DNA of 64,000 nt from Candidatus Aenigmatarchaeota archaeon. Lineage in GTDB: Archaea > Aenigmatarchaeota > Aenigmatarchaeia > CG10238-14 > SCSR01. A program made the translations under genes and the position numbers. Of this stretch, positions 1-8,347 are shown one piece after another (position 1 is the first letter of the stretch; every line of letters begins with the position of its first letter). The stretch spans positions 140,455-204,454 of the forward strand of contig JAVZHQ010000001.1 in the NCBI GenBank assembly GCA_038998335.1. The letters run 5' to 3'. The notes beneath the pieces are model-generated. The model was given only the letters and a program-made list of their open reading frames with translations. It was not told the origin of the DNA and did no database searches.

Positions 1-536
1 CTACTTTTGAAGTAAGGGATTCGCATACTTTAAAAAATTGGATCGATGCCTTAGAAAATTCTTATTTGTTTTTTATTCTAGAAAGATATTCTCCCAAACT
101 AAAAGAGCAAATTATTGCACCAAAAAAAATTTATTGTGTGGATACAGGAATAGTTAATGCTGTTTCTTTCAGAACTTCTGAAAATTTCGGTAAACTGATG
201 GAGAATTTGGTTGGGGTTGAACTGGTTAGGAGAAAAAACTATTGGTATAAAAACTTGGAAATTTTCTACTGGAAAGACTATCAGCAGAATGAAGTTGATT
301 TTGTTTTAAAAGAGGGATTAAAAGTTAAACAATTAATTCAAGTTACCTATGCTTCTAGTAAAGATGAGGTTGAGAAGAGGGAAATTAAGTCTTTGGTTAA
401 AGCTTCCGATTTACTTAAATGTAAGGATTTGTTGGTAATAACCTGGGATTACGAAGGTCAACAAAAGATAAAAAACAAAAAAATTGTTTTCAAACCTTTG
501 TGGAAGTGGCTATTGATTGACTTTTTTTATTGTTAG
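1..536 (+). CDS. AAA+ ATPase with DUF4143 C-terminal domain (COG1373 family), 5'-truncated by window edge
   Basis: Frame open from position 3 (TFEVRDSHTLKNWIDALENSYLFF...); motifs PKKIYCVDTG, ENLV, EVDFV, LIQVTY, PLWKWLL typical of the family. Confidence 0.85.
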   Translation, partial: TFEVRDSHTLKNWIDALENSYLFFILERYSPKLKEQIIAPKKIYCVDTGIVNAVSFRTSENFGKLMENLVGVELVRRKNYWYKNLEIFYWKDYQQNEVDFVLKEGLKVKQLIQVTYASSKDEVEKREIKSLVKASDLLKCKDLLVITWDYEGQQKIKNKKIVFKPLWKWLLIDFFYC

Positions 537-546
537 ACGTCTAACA
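531..546. repeat. Palindromic dispersed repeat TGTTAGACGTCTAACA, copy 1
   Basis: Perfect 16-bp palindrome (18 bp with flanking T/A), preceded by T-tract; contains the ATPase stop codon. Confidence 0.9.
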
Positions 547-594
547 AAAGAAAATATTTGAGCAACCTTTAATTAATTGAAATTAAGGTAAAAC

Positions 595-1875
595 ATGCTT
601 GACATTAAATTGATAAGAGAGAAGCCAGAGTTTGTAAGGAAAAATTTGGAAAAGAGGCAAGACCCGGAAAAATTGAAAATGTTCGAAAGACTTTTAGAGC
701 TTGACAAGAAATTGCGCAGCCTCAAAACAGAAATGAACAAACTGAGAAACAGAAGGAACAAACTTACTTTAGAAATTTCAAGGTTGAAGAAAGAAAACAA
801 GGATACAAGCAAAATCTTAAACGAAGCTAAGAAAATCCACGATGAAATAAAAAGAATGGAAGAAGAGTCGAGCAGACTGGAAAAAGAAGTAAGGGATATT
901 TTGCTCAGGCTACCGAACATTTTGCACGATTCTGTACCTTTTGGTAAAGATGAAAACGATAACGTTGAAATAAGAAGAGTTGGTTCCCCACCAAAGTTTA
1001 ACTTTAAACCAAAAAATCATCTAGAAATTGCTTTAGAGTTGGGTTTGGTAGATCAAGAAAGGGCAGCAAAAGTTGCTGGGGCAGGCTTTTTCTACTTTAA
1101 AAAAGAATTGGTTTTGCTCGATCTAGCTATTCAAAAGTTTGCTCTAGATTTTATGATAAAAAAAGGCTATATTCCTGTAGAGCCTCCTTTCATGATAAAC
1201 AGAAAAGCTTACGAAGGAATGATAGACCCAAGCGACTTTGAAATGGTAACTTACAAAATAGAGAATGAAGATTTATACTTGATAGCAACTTCTGAGCATC
1301 CTATAGGAGCAATGTTTATGAATGAAATTTTAAATAAAAAAGACTTGCCTTTGAAGTTTGTTGGAATAAGCCCATGTTTTAGAAAAGAAATAGGCACGCA
1401 TGGAAAATACACGAAAGGATTTTTCAGGATGCATCAGTTTAACAAGGTTGAGCAATTCATTTTTTGCTTGCCAGAAGATTCCTGGAATTTGCACGAAGAG
1501 CTGCAAAGAAATTGTGAGGAGCTCTATCAAGCTTTAGGTTTGCATTACCGTGTAGTAAACGTTTGCACAGGAGATATAGGAACAGTAGCGGCAAAAAAGT
1601 ACGATACAGAGGTTTGGATGGTTGACGGAAAGTTTAGGGAAATAGGCTCAAACTCTAATTGCACAGATTATCAAGCAAGAAGGCTTAACATTAGGTTTAG
1701 AGAAAAGGAAGGAGAAAAGCCAAAAGGTTTTGTCCATACTTTAAACTCTACTGCCTTAGCGACAAGCAGAACCATGCTAGCTATTCTTGAACACTTCCAG
1801 CAAGAAGACGGGAGCGTGAAAATCCCAAAAGTTTTGGTTCCTTACATGAACGGAATTGAGGTTTTGGGTGAATGA
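595..1875 (+). CDS. serS: Serine--tRNA ligase
   Basis: MLDIKLIRE N-terminus, coiled-coil arm, LIATSEHP, FRKE..G, RMHQFNKVEQF, SNCTDYQARRL, HTLNSTA motifs. Confidence 0.97.
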   Translation: MLDIKLIREKPEFVRKNLEKRQDPEKLKMFERLLELDKKLRSLKTEMNKLRNRRNKLTLEISRLKKENKDTSKILNEAKKIHDEIKRMEEESSRLEKEVRDILLRLPNILHDSVPFGKDENDNVEIRRVGSPPKFNFKPKNHLEIALELGLVDQERAAKVAGAGFFYFKKELVLLDLAIQKFALDFMIKKGYIPVEPPFMINRKAYEGMIDPSDFEMVTYKIENEDLYLIATSEHPIGAMFMNEILNKKDLPLKFVGISPCFRKEIGTHGKYTKGFFRMHQFNKVEQFIFCLPEDSWNLHEELQRNCEELYQALGLHYRVVNVCTGDIGTVAAKKYDTEVWMVDGKFREIGSNSNCTDYQARRLNIRFREKEGEKPKGFVHTLNSTALATSRTMLAILEHFQQEDGSVKIPKVLVPYMNGIEVLGE

Positions 1876-1886
1876 GTTTTTTATAC

Positions 1887-1901
1887 GTTAGACGTCTAAC
1901 A
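1887..1901. repeat. Palindromic dispersed repeat, copy 2 (GTTAGACGTCTAACA)
   Basis: Same core just after serS stop, T-tract upstream. Confidence 0.9.
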
Positions 1902-1904
1902 ATT

Positions 1905-2032
1905 TTAAAGCTTCCTCCTTGCTTAAATGCAAAGATTTGCTAGTAATAACCTGGGATTATGAAGATCAATTAAAAATAGAAAACAAAAAAATTGTTTTCA
2001 AACCTTTGTGGAAGTGGTTGCTAGAAGTTTAG
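1905..2032 (+). pseudogene. 3'-terminal fragment of a DUF4143 ATPase paralog
   Basis: Translates KASSLLKCKDLLVITWDYEDQLKIENKKIVFKPLWKWLLEV*; near-identical to 397-515, no start codon. Confidence 0.85.
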
Positions 2033-2092
2033 TTTTTTTAAAAATGGTTTATTCTTCCAAAAAAGTTACAGGATGGTAGCAATTTTTTTCTA

Positions 2093-2108
2093 TGTTAGAC
2101 GTCTAACA
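2093..2108. repeat. Palindromic dispersed repeat, copy 3
   Basis: TGTTAGACGTCTAACA exact. Confidence 0.9.
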
Positions 2109-2120
2109 TTAACAACCTTT

Positions 2121-2711
2121 TCATTTTCTCAAACTTTCTATCAATTCTTTCATCTTTAGGCTAGAGCGACTAAACCTTAGAATGAGCATGGAAAAAAGAG
2201 CTAAAAAAACAGAAAGCTCCCTTATTCTCAAGACTCCAGAAATTCTTTTCCAGCTTGGTCTGTCAAACTCGCTTAAAGGAATTAGCTTTTCCGTATCCTT
2301 TCCAAAAGTTGGATCTACAACTTTCCATTCATTGTTTAAGTAAACTTCAGCAGCTATATGTCCAACTTTTTTTGGAAAATCCTTTACCTTAGCGTTAAGC
2401 TCGCATCTAAGTATTAAAAGATACCTTGCAGGAATTCCAACAGCTCTGCAAAGAGCTATGAAGAGATTAGCTTTATCTGCACATACTCCATGCATAGGGT
2501 TTCTTTTTAGCGTTTCCTTAGCACCAACTATCTCTTCTACTTTCCAAGCAACATTATCCCTTACCCAATAAAAAAATGCTCTAGCAGCTTCTTCAGGAGT
2601 TTTTTTATCTTTTGCTAAAGCTTGGGCTAGCTCTTTTATTTCTGGCAGGTTAGATTCGCACAAAAAAGTTGGTTCGCAATATTTTTCATAACCTTTTGGA
2701 GGTTCAAACAT
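2121..2711 (-). CDS. Transglutaminase-like (Cys-His-Asp) protein
   Basis: GVCADKANLFIALCRAVGIPARY, GHIAAEVY, VDPT; ATG at 2711 preferred over TTG at 2753. Confidence 0.85.
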   Translation of the reverse strand: MFEPPKGYEKYCEPTFLCESNLPEIKELAQALAKDKKTPEEAARAFFYWVRDNVAWKVEEIVGAKETLKRNPMHGVCADKANLFIALCRAVGIPARYLLILRCELNAKVKDFPKKVGHIAAEVYLNNEWKVVDPTFGKDTEKLIPLSEFDRPSWKRISGVLRIRELSVFLALFSMLILRFSRSSLKMKELIESLRK

Positions 2712-2739
2712 ATAATTAATTTGTTTGTTAAAAGATAAA

Positions 2740-2753
2740 TTGGAATATTCCAA
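2740..2753. promoter_or_regulatory. Candidate operator TTGGAATATTCCAA
   Basis: Perfect 14-bp palindrome ~30 bp upstream of transglutaminase ATG; same core at 5793-5804. Confidence 0.6.
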
Positions 2754-2760
2754 AAGTTTT

Positions 2761-3474
2761 TTAAATTTTTTCGCTAGTTGTTAGCAAGGTACTATGAGAA
2801 TAATAAGTTGTTTTTGTGTTAAGGATCTTGAAGTTGTTTTCCTCAAGAAGTTTCTCTACATAAGTTTTAGAATAAGGGGTAAGGTTGACTTTTAATTTCA
2901 TGGGAATGTTCATCAAGCCAACAACTACGCAGAAAGGAAGGGATAAAATCGTTTGTTTTGGTTTTTCTTTTAAGGAATACTTAAAGCCGCTTTTTCCCTT
3001 AGAGTATTCTACTTCACTTGTGTAGACTAAGCTTAGCCTTCCTCCCTTTCTTAAAATTCTCCTCGCTTCTCTTACAAAATTTTGTAAAGAGCTTGGGCTT
3101 AAGTAGTTTATAAAGTTAACAGCAGCGATTCCGTCAAAGTAGTTATCATTAAAAGGAAGCTTTTCTTCAAAATAGTACTTGTAAAGCTTGACGTTAGCGT
3201 TTGAATTTTTAATTTTTTTTGAGGCAATTTTAAGCGCTTGCTCTGAAGCATCTATACCCCAAACCTCAATTTCCTTAGAATTTTTAACTAGATATTGAAT
3301 CAAATTTCCTGTTCCACAACCAACGTCAAGAAATTTCTTTCCTTTACTAAAGTTTAAGCTTTCAGCAGTATCTCTTATCATTTTTTTGTATGGAGCAAAG
3401 TTGTTTAGGGAGTCGTAAAAAAATGGATAGATTTCCCAGAGCAAATCAGTTAAGCTAGCTGGCATAGAGCTCAC
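2761..3474 (-). CDS. Class I SAM-dependent methyltransferase
   Basis: FLDVGCGTG motif I, LPFNDNYFD, RILRKGG. Confidence 0.9.
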   Translation of the reverse strand: MSSMPASLTDLLWEIYPFFYDSLNNFAPYKKMIRDTAESLNFSKGKKFLDVGCGTGNLIQYLVKNSKEIEVWGIDASEQALKIASKKIKNSNANVKLYKYYFEEKLPFNDNYFDGIAAVNFINYLSPSSLQNFVREARRILRKGGRLSLVYTSEVEYSKGKSGFKYSLKEKPKQTILSLPFCVVVGLMNIPMKLKVNLTPYSKTYVEKLLEENNFKILNTKTTYYSHSTLLTTSEKI

Positions 3475-4906
3475 TTTCGAGTTCTTTTGAGGGCGAGAGG
3501 ATAAGATTGTGTGGCTTAAATTGGAGACTAGGAAAAACGATTTCTCTTAGCTTACCCTCGTCTATTTTTTTGAATCTAAGGAGGCTGTATCGTAAAGGGC
3601 AAACAGTATATCTTATCTTTTTACACATTTCTTCATAATTTCTCTCTTCCATACTACTTGGAATTAATATCAGCAGCTCTTCTTTTGTTTGTGGCTTGCA
3701 AATCGCAAAATTATAACCCGCATAAGATGTTAAGATTTCTTTTAGAATGTCAACAGAAACAGGATACTCTTTTATTTTTACGTAACCACTCTCGTGCTTC
3801 CTTCTTATGTCAATAGAAAGGGACGGAAAGGGAAGTGTTATTTTTTGATTGTTTAGGGTGATTGTGGTGGAATAGCTTACAAGCCTTGTAACATCACCTG
3901 GTGCATAATCAATTAGACATGTTCCCTCGAAGGGAGAGGTTATTTTGATTTCGCCTTCTTCGCCTTCGCTAACATTTTCACCTTTTTCGTCAACAACTCT
4001 GATATGGCACAGGTTTCCCATCACCATCAAGCTATCGCTAGCTTCCCAGTTTCTATCTACACTTGAAATAATTCCATAAGCTACACAGCCTAAGGGCATA
4101 CATTCCTGGGCACCATAGGCGTCTATAACTATTTTAGCTCCTATTTCATGTCCCAAGTCTATAACCTCTTTGCTTGGTTTAAAGCCTCCGGTACCTATGA
4201 ACATCAAGTTCTTATACCTAAGTTTGTTCTCGACCATAAAAGTACCTATATCCCTTAAAATTGATGGTGTAATCAAAACCCCGTTTGCATCATTTTCTAT
4301 AGAATCTAAAACATAATCACAAAGTTGTTCATGACTTAAAGGTTCCCCATAAGGTAATACTCTCAAAGGAATTTTTTGCGAGACTCGCATAAGAGAGGCG
4401 AAAGGATACGTCCCGGAGCCACCATAAATGTACATTCGAGAAAAAATAGCTACACTTGGCGTAGAAATGTTTGCAAAAAATCTCCTAAGACCACGGAGAT
4501 AAAGTTCTTTTATCACAGTATTAACATCTTTTTGTGTATAGGCTATTTTCTTTCTTTTAAATTTCTTTATTGTTTCAAGAAAACTTTCCCCGCTTCTTAA
4601 TCTTTCTACTAAGCTATAACCTGAAGACACTTGTACCCACGTCCTTTTATTTTGAGGTACAAGGCTTAAATGGGATGAAAAGTCATTTCCCATAAGGTCT
4701 GTACCTTCGACCCAGTTTACCTTATACTTCTGAAGGAAGTTATCAAGCTTTTCTATCGAGTTAATTCTTCTTACCTCGGAAAATTCAATCGAGTTTTCCC
4801 TTAACTTTTCTCTATAAAATGGTATCGAAAGCATAGCATCCCTAACTTTTTTAGCTATGCTATTCTGCTTTATTTTAACATAAAAGGGCGCTATTTTCTC
4901 TATCAT
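3455..4906 (-). CDS. Phenylacetate-CoA ligase/F390 synthetase-like adenylate-forming enzyme
   Basis: IPFYREKL N-terminus, VSSG loop, DAYGAQEC, GEEGEIKIT, LIDYAPGD motifs of PaaK-like ANL enzymes. Confidence 0.75.
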   Translation of the reverse strand: MIEKIAPFYVKIKQNSIAKKVRDAMLSIPFYREKLRENSIEFSEVRRINSIEKLDNFLQKYKVNWVEGTDLMGNDFSSHLSLVPQNKRTWVQVSSGYSLVERLRSGESFLETIKKFKRKKIAYTQKDVNTVIKELYLRGLRRFFANISTPSVAIFSRMYIYGGSGTYPFASLMRVSQKIPLRVLPYGEPLSHEQLCDYVLDSIENDANGVLITPSILRDIGTFMVENKLRYKNLMFIGTGGFKPSKEVIDLGHEIGAKIVIDAYGAQECMPLGCVAYGIISSVDRNWEASDSLMVMGNLCHIRVVDEKGENVSEGEEGEIKITSPFEGTCLIDYAPGDVTRLVSYSTTITLNNQKITLPFPSLSIDIRRKHESGYVKIKEYPVSVDILKEILTSYAGYNFAICKPQTKEELLILIPSSMEERNYEEMCKKIRYTVCPLRYSLLRFKKIDEGKLREIVFPSLQFKPHNLILSPSKELESELYAS

Positions 4907-4910
4907 AGTA

Positions 4911-5447
4911 TCACTTTTTTACCTCTATTTGAAACGTACAATATGGAGCACCTTTAGTGTAGCAGGAAAGCTCTTGTATTTTAGGTGTAGAATGGTATAA
5001 TATTTTTAGAGGAGCAAGTAAATTTGCTTCTACTATTTTACATACTTTTGAATTTTTTCCCCATTTTTGTTTAGCATATTCTACAAGCGGAGAATTTTCG
5101 ACTTTAACTGTATAGACTATTTTTTCTTTATTTTCTTTTTTGTTGACCAAAGTAAATTTCCCCAACCCGTAAAAGTCTGCAAATGGTAAAAGCTTCTCTA
5201 TGTTTAGGGAGGATGGTGATAAACCAAATGCTTTCGTTGCGTTTTCGATTGCAATTTCTGTGGCTTCCATTAAAATTTTAAAGGCTTTTTTTTCTCCAAG
5301 TTCTTCAAATATTTTCTGATGAAGATACGCAAATCCACAACTTTCTACTAAAGTCACATTGTATCTTCCCAAAATCGTAACCCTTCCTTCTTCAGCAGAA
5401 AAAGCCCTTCCAAGCAAAAGTTTTTTCAAAATAACAGCTATTCCCAT
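4911..5447 (-). CDS. V4R (small-molecule-binding) domain protein
   Basis: FYGLGKF, C...E..C..KGAPYC.F C-terminal V4R signature. Confidence 0.8.
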   Translation of the reverse strand: MGIAVILKKLLLGRAFSAEEGRVTILGRYNVTLVESCGFAYLHQKIFEELGEKKAFKILMEATEIAIENATKAFGLSPSSLNIEKLLPFADFYGLGKFTLVNKKENKEKIVYTVKVENSPLVEYAKQKWGKNSKVCKIVEANLLAPLKILYHSTPKIQELSCYTKGAPYCTFQIEVKK

Positions 5448-5456
5448 TCTCTCACC

Positions 5457-5753
5457 TCACAACCCTTTTAATAATTCGTGCACAACCCTAAGCTTTTCAA
5501 TCTCAGTAGGCCATGCTATGTAAGTGTTTCCAACTTTTTTCATGTCTATTAACCCCATTTCCTTAAGCTTGCGAAAATGGTAAAGGTACTTTGCAGAAAG
5601 CGTTTTCTCTTTTCCTTTATCTCCTAAAATCTCAGCAACTTCTAGCGGATTTGTAGGCCATCTAGAATGAATAATTTCAAAGACTTTTGCTGTAAGTTGA
5701 GAGACTTTTTTTACTCTTACGCTTTCAAGCATTTCTTCAAAGGTTTTTTCCAT
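5457..5753 (-). CDS. Winged-helix transcriptional regulator
   Basis: PLEVAEILG...YHFRKLKEMGLI...KVGN wHTH pattern. Confidence 0.75.
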   Translation of the reverse strand: MEKTFEEMLESVRVKKVSQLTAKVFEIIHSRWPTNPLEVAEILGDKGKEKTLSAKYLYHFRKLKEMGLIDMKKVGNTYIAWPTEIEKLRVVHELLKGL

Positions 5754-5760
5754 AATTTAA

Positions 5761-5804
5761 GAATATTCCATAAAGTATTTATAAGTTATGTATGGAATAT
5801 TCCA
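5761..5804. promoter_or_regulatory. Promoter with TATA box flanked by inverted operator sites
   Basis: GAATATTCCATA-N18-TATGGAATATTC perfect 12-bp inverted repeat enclosing TTATAAATA (minus strand) ~25-30 nt upstream of the HTH ATG. Confidence 0.65.
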
Positions 5805-5838
5805 AAAAAATCTATGAAATGTTTGTTGGCTGCTTTTC

Positions 5839-5854
5839 TGTTAGACGTCTAACA
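5839..5854. repeat. Palindromic dispersed repeat, copy 4
   Basis: TGTTAGACGTCTAACA exact. Confidence 0.9.
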
Positions 5855-5971
5855 ATTTTTTTCCTTTTACAACAAAATTACAACTTCTTTAAAATATTTT
5901 TCTTTTAAAAAATTTCTTAATCTTCACCATGCTTTTTTTTAAATTTCTATCCTAATGATAGAAAAATTTAA

Positions 5972-5986
5972 GTTAGATGTTTAACA
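5972..5986. repeat. Degenerate copy of palindromic repeat (GTTAGATGTTTAACA)
   Basis: 2 mismatches to consensus. Confidence 0.6.
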
Positions 5987-6219
5987 TATTTCTAAAACCC
6001 GTAATTTTAAATATTTTCAAATCGAGTTTAAATATTATGTGTTATAAAGATTTCCCAAATGAGTGCAAGAAATGTAGGCATTTATTTGAAGAATATAAAA
6101 TAGCTCAGAGTTATTTTATAATTCCGATAAAATTTTATCGTTCGTCCGAATGTACCAAATATGCTCTTAAGACTCATGAAATAATTTCTGCTCTACCTCT
6201 TTTAGAAATTAATTTTAAA

Positions 6220-7155
6220 TTAATTTCTACATTTGTTAATCGAGTATTTCGAGCTTAACATTTCATTGTCAGTCATAACCTTTCCTGAAGATTTTATGTT
6301 TATTTTTGAGTACTCGGGTATAATAAATAACAATTTATGAATATTTTCATTGTAGAATTTTAAATTTGTTATCATCCTTTTCTTTATCCTTTTCTTTATC
6401 TCTTTTTTGCTTAATAAAAGCGGATCAAACTTTTTTGATCCAGCAACAAAACCTGCACCAAAAGAATAGCCACGAACTATCGGGAAAACATTACTAACGG
6501 TTGCGTATATAGAACTAAAAGTATGAGAATTATAGAAAGGTGATGTGGCTTGTGTAACAAATATCCCATTTTTCTCCAATTTTCTTTTAACAATCTCGTA
6601 AAATTCTTTAGTGTATAGTCCAGCAGAAATTCCACACGGCGAAGGGTCTGTAGCATCGATAATTATACAATCAAATTTATCCGATTCTTCGATGAGATAG
6701 TTTCTTCCATCATTGAATATAACTTCTACTTTACTATTGTAAAAAGATCCTTGATGAATTTCTTTTAAATATTTTTTGGCCACATCGACAACATCTTTAC
6801 TTATTTCAACCATTTTTATTTTCTTAACAATATTATGTTTAAGTACTTCACGGATAGTTCCACCTTCACCCCCACCAATTACTAGTACTTTTGATGGGCG
6901 CGGATGTGTTATCATTATAGGATGTACGAGGGTTTCATGGTAAATCCATTCATCGTTTAAAGAAGATTGTATTTGATTATTTAAAACAAAACAGATGCCT
7001 CTGTCATATGTCTCTACAATTTCAATTTTATGATACTTTGTTTTTTTTCTATAAATTACTTTTTTTATTCTATAAATGGTTGCCATCGTAGGTGTAATAC
7101 AATCTAAAAGTATTTGTCCACTAAAATTATTTTCAGTTAGTTTATTCTTTTTCAT
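6220..7155 (-). CDS. speE: Polyamine aminopropyltransferase (spermidine synthase family), divergent
   Basis: IYHETLVHP, VLVIGGGEGG, VEI, DGR, IIIDATDP motifs. Confidence 0.85.
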   Translation of the reverse strand: MKKNKLTENNFSGQILLDCITPTMATIYRIKKVIYRKKTKYHKIEIVETYDRGICFVLNNQIQSSLNDEWIYHETLVHPIMITHPRPSKVLVIGGGEGGTIREVLKHNIVKKIKMVEISKDVVDVAKKYLKEIHQGSFYNSKVEVIFNDGRNYLIEESDKFDCIIIDATDPSPCGISAGLYTKEFYEIVKRKLEKNGIFVTQATSPFYNSHTFSSIYATVSNVFPIVRGYSFGAGFVAGSKKFDPLLLSKKEIKKRIKKRMITNLKFYNENIHKLLFIIPEYSKINIKSSGKVMTDNEMLSSKYSINKCRN

Positions 7156-7193
7156 AATTTAATTTAAATAATTAAATTACTTAAAATAGTTCA

Positions 7194-7532
7194 ATGAAAA
7201 TTAAAGAACTTTTGATAGATGCTTATAACTGTTCTGGAAACTTAAACAATAGTAGACTATTGTTATCTATTTTAATCAAATCCGCAAAAAAAGTTGGTGC
7301 TAAGGTTGTAAACTGGTTGGTTCATAATTATAAACCTTTTGGAGTTAGTGTTGTAGTTTTGTTAGCAGAGAGTCATGTATCAGTATACACATGGCCAGAA
7401 TATAAGTATGCAGCGATTGAAATATTCCTTTGTAACGAGAAAATGAATCCGGAGCTCGTTTGGAAAAATATTAAAAAATATATTCGGCCCAAAAAATATT
7501 TTATCAAAAAAGTTTATAGAAGTGTTAAATAA
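7194..7532 (+). CDS. speD: Pyruvoyl-dependent S-adenosylmethionine decarboxylase proenzyme family
   Basis: GVSVVVLLAESHVSVYTWPE with ES self-cleavage site; 112 aa. Confidence 0.85.
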   Translation: MKIKELLIDAYNCSGNLNNSRLLLSILIKSAKKVGAKVVNWLVHNYKPFGVSVVVLLAESHVSVYTWPEYKYAAIEIFLCNEKMNPELVWKNIKKYIRPKKYFIKKVYRSVK

Positions 7533-7540
7533 TGCTACTT

Positions 7541-8317
7541 TTACTCTTTTTCACTTAGAATTTTTCCGATAAATTTCTTCCAATTCCCAATACTTTTAAC
7601 ATCTTCAAGATGAACTTGAAATAATTTAACATACGGATTTCTTGTCTTTTTTGGTAAAGGAATGTTTAGTACGCGAAAGGTTATTATATCTGTTATGGCT
7701 TCGTTTATTTTTGATTCATCTTTCCTGTATTTTTTAGGAATTTGTTTGATTATTCTATTCATTAAATTTAAGTGCACGAGTTCATGCGTTATAGCAAGTT
7801 TTAATAATTTATTATCGTTGGTTCTTCCAATAGCAATTCCATTAGGAGGTACAGGTTCAGCACCAAATTTATACTCGAAAGAAAGTGCTTCTATCAAATA
7901 AATTTTAATTTCTCTTGGGAATGGTAAATTAGTAAAAGTTTCTATTTTATTTAAAGTATCGAGGACAAAATTTTTATCTATTTTTTTTGAAAAATTTTTA
8001 AGTTTTGGTTCAATCTCTTTTTTCCATAAGGGTTTATAAAGCCTACTACTCTTAAGTAAAATTCTCTCTACTCTTTTTTCAAATTCACTCATACATTTTT
8101 TAAGACGTTTCTTTTTACCTATTGCTTTTTTAAAATACCAAGAAATATTTTGAGGGTCAAATTCCCATCCAAACTCTTTACTTAGTTTTTCAAAGTTTGA
8201 GAATTCTGTGGCATATTTTTGATTGAATCTTTGAGGAACGCTTCCGCTAAGCTTCTCAAGATGATAAAAAAGATTTAATTTAAAGTTGATTTCGACGCTA
8301 AGCTTGGTAGATTTCAT
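7541..8317 (-). CDS. Putative zinc metallopeptidase (gluzincin-like HExxH...E)
   Basis: ITHELVH followed ~20 aa later by NEAITD. Confidence 0.65.
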   Translation of the reverse strand: MKSTKLSVEINFKLNLFYHLEKLSGSVPQRFNQKYATEFSNFEKLSKEFGWEFDPQNISWYFKKAIGKKKRLKKCMSEFEKRVERILLKSSRLYKPLWKKEIEPKLKNFSKKIDKNFVLDTLNKIETFTNLPFPREIKIYLIEALSFEYKFGAEPVPPNGIAIGRTNDNKLLKLAITHELVHLNLMNRIIKQIPKKYRKDESKINEAITDIITFRVLNIPLPKKTRNPYVKLFQVHLEDVKSIGNWKKFIGKILSEKE

Positions 8318-8347
8318 AAATTATTTTAAATTTTTTAAAATTAATAA

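Noticed and set aside
1905-2032. DGR template/variable repeat pair with 397-515
   Set aside because: Differences are not confined to adenines and no reverse transcriptase is present
5847-5978. Canonical integron attC site between GTCTAAC and GTTAGAT
   Set aside because: Length is compatible but I cannot see convincing L-box pairing, and there is no integrase in the window; kept only as a hypothesis
531-5986. Palindrome copies as a CRISPR array
   Set aside because: Too short, irregular spacing of 0.1-3.7 kb, no cas genes
5977-6258. 93-aa ORF
   Set aside because: Starts inside a repeat, overlaps speE antisense, no motif; probably spurious
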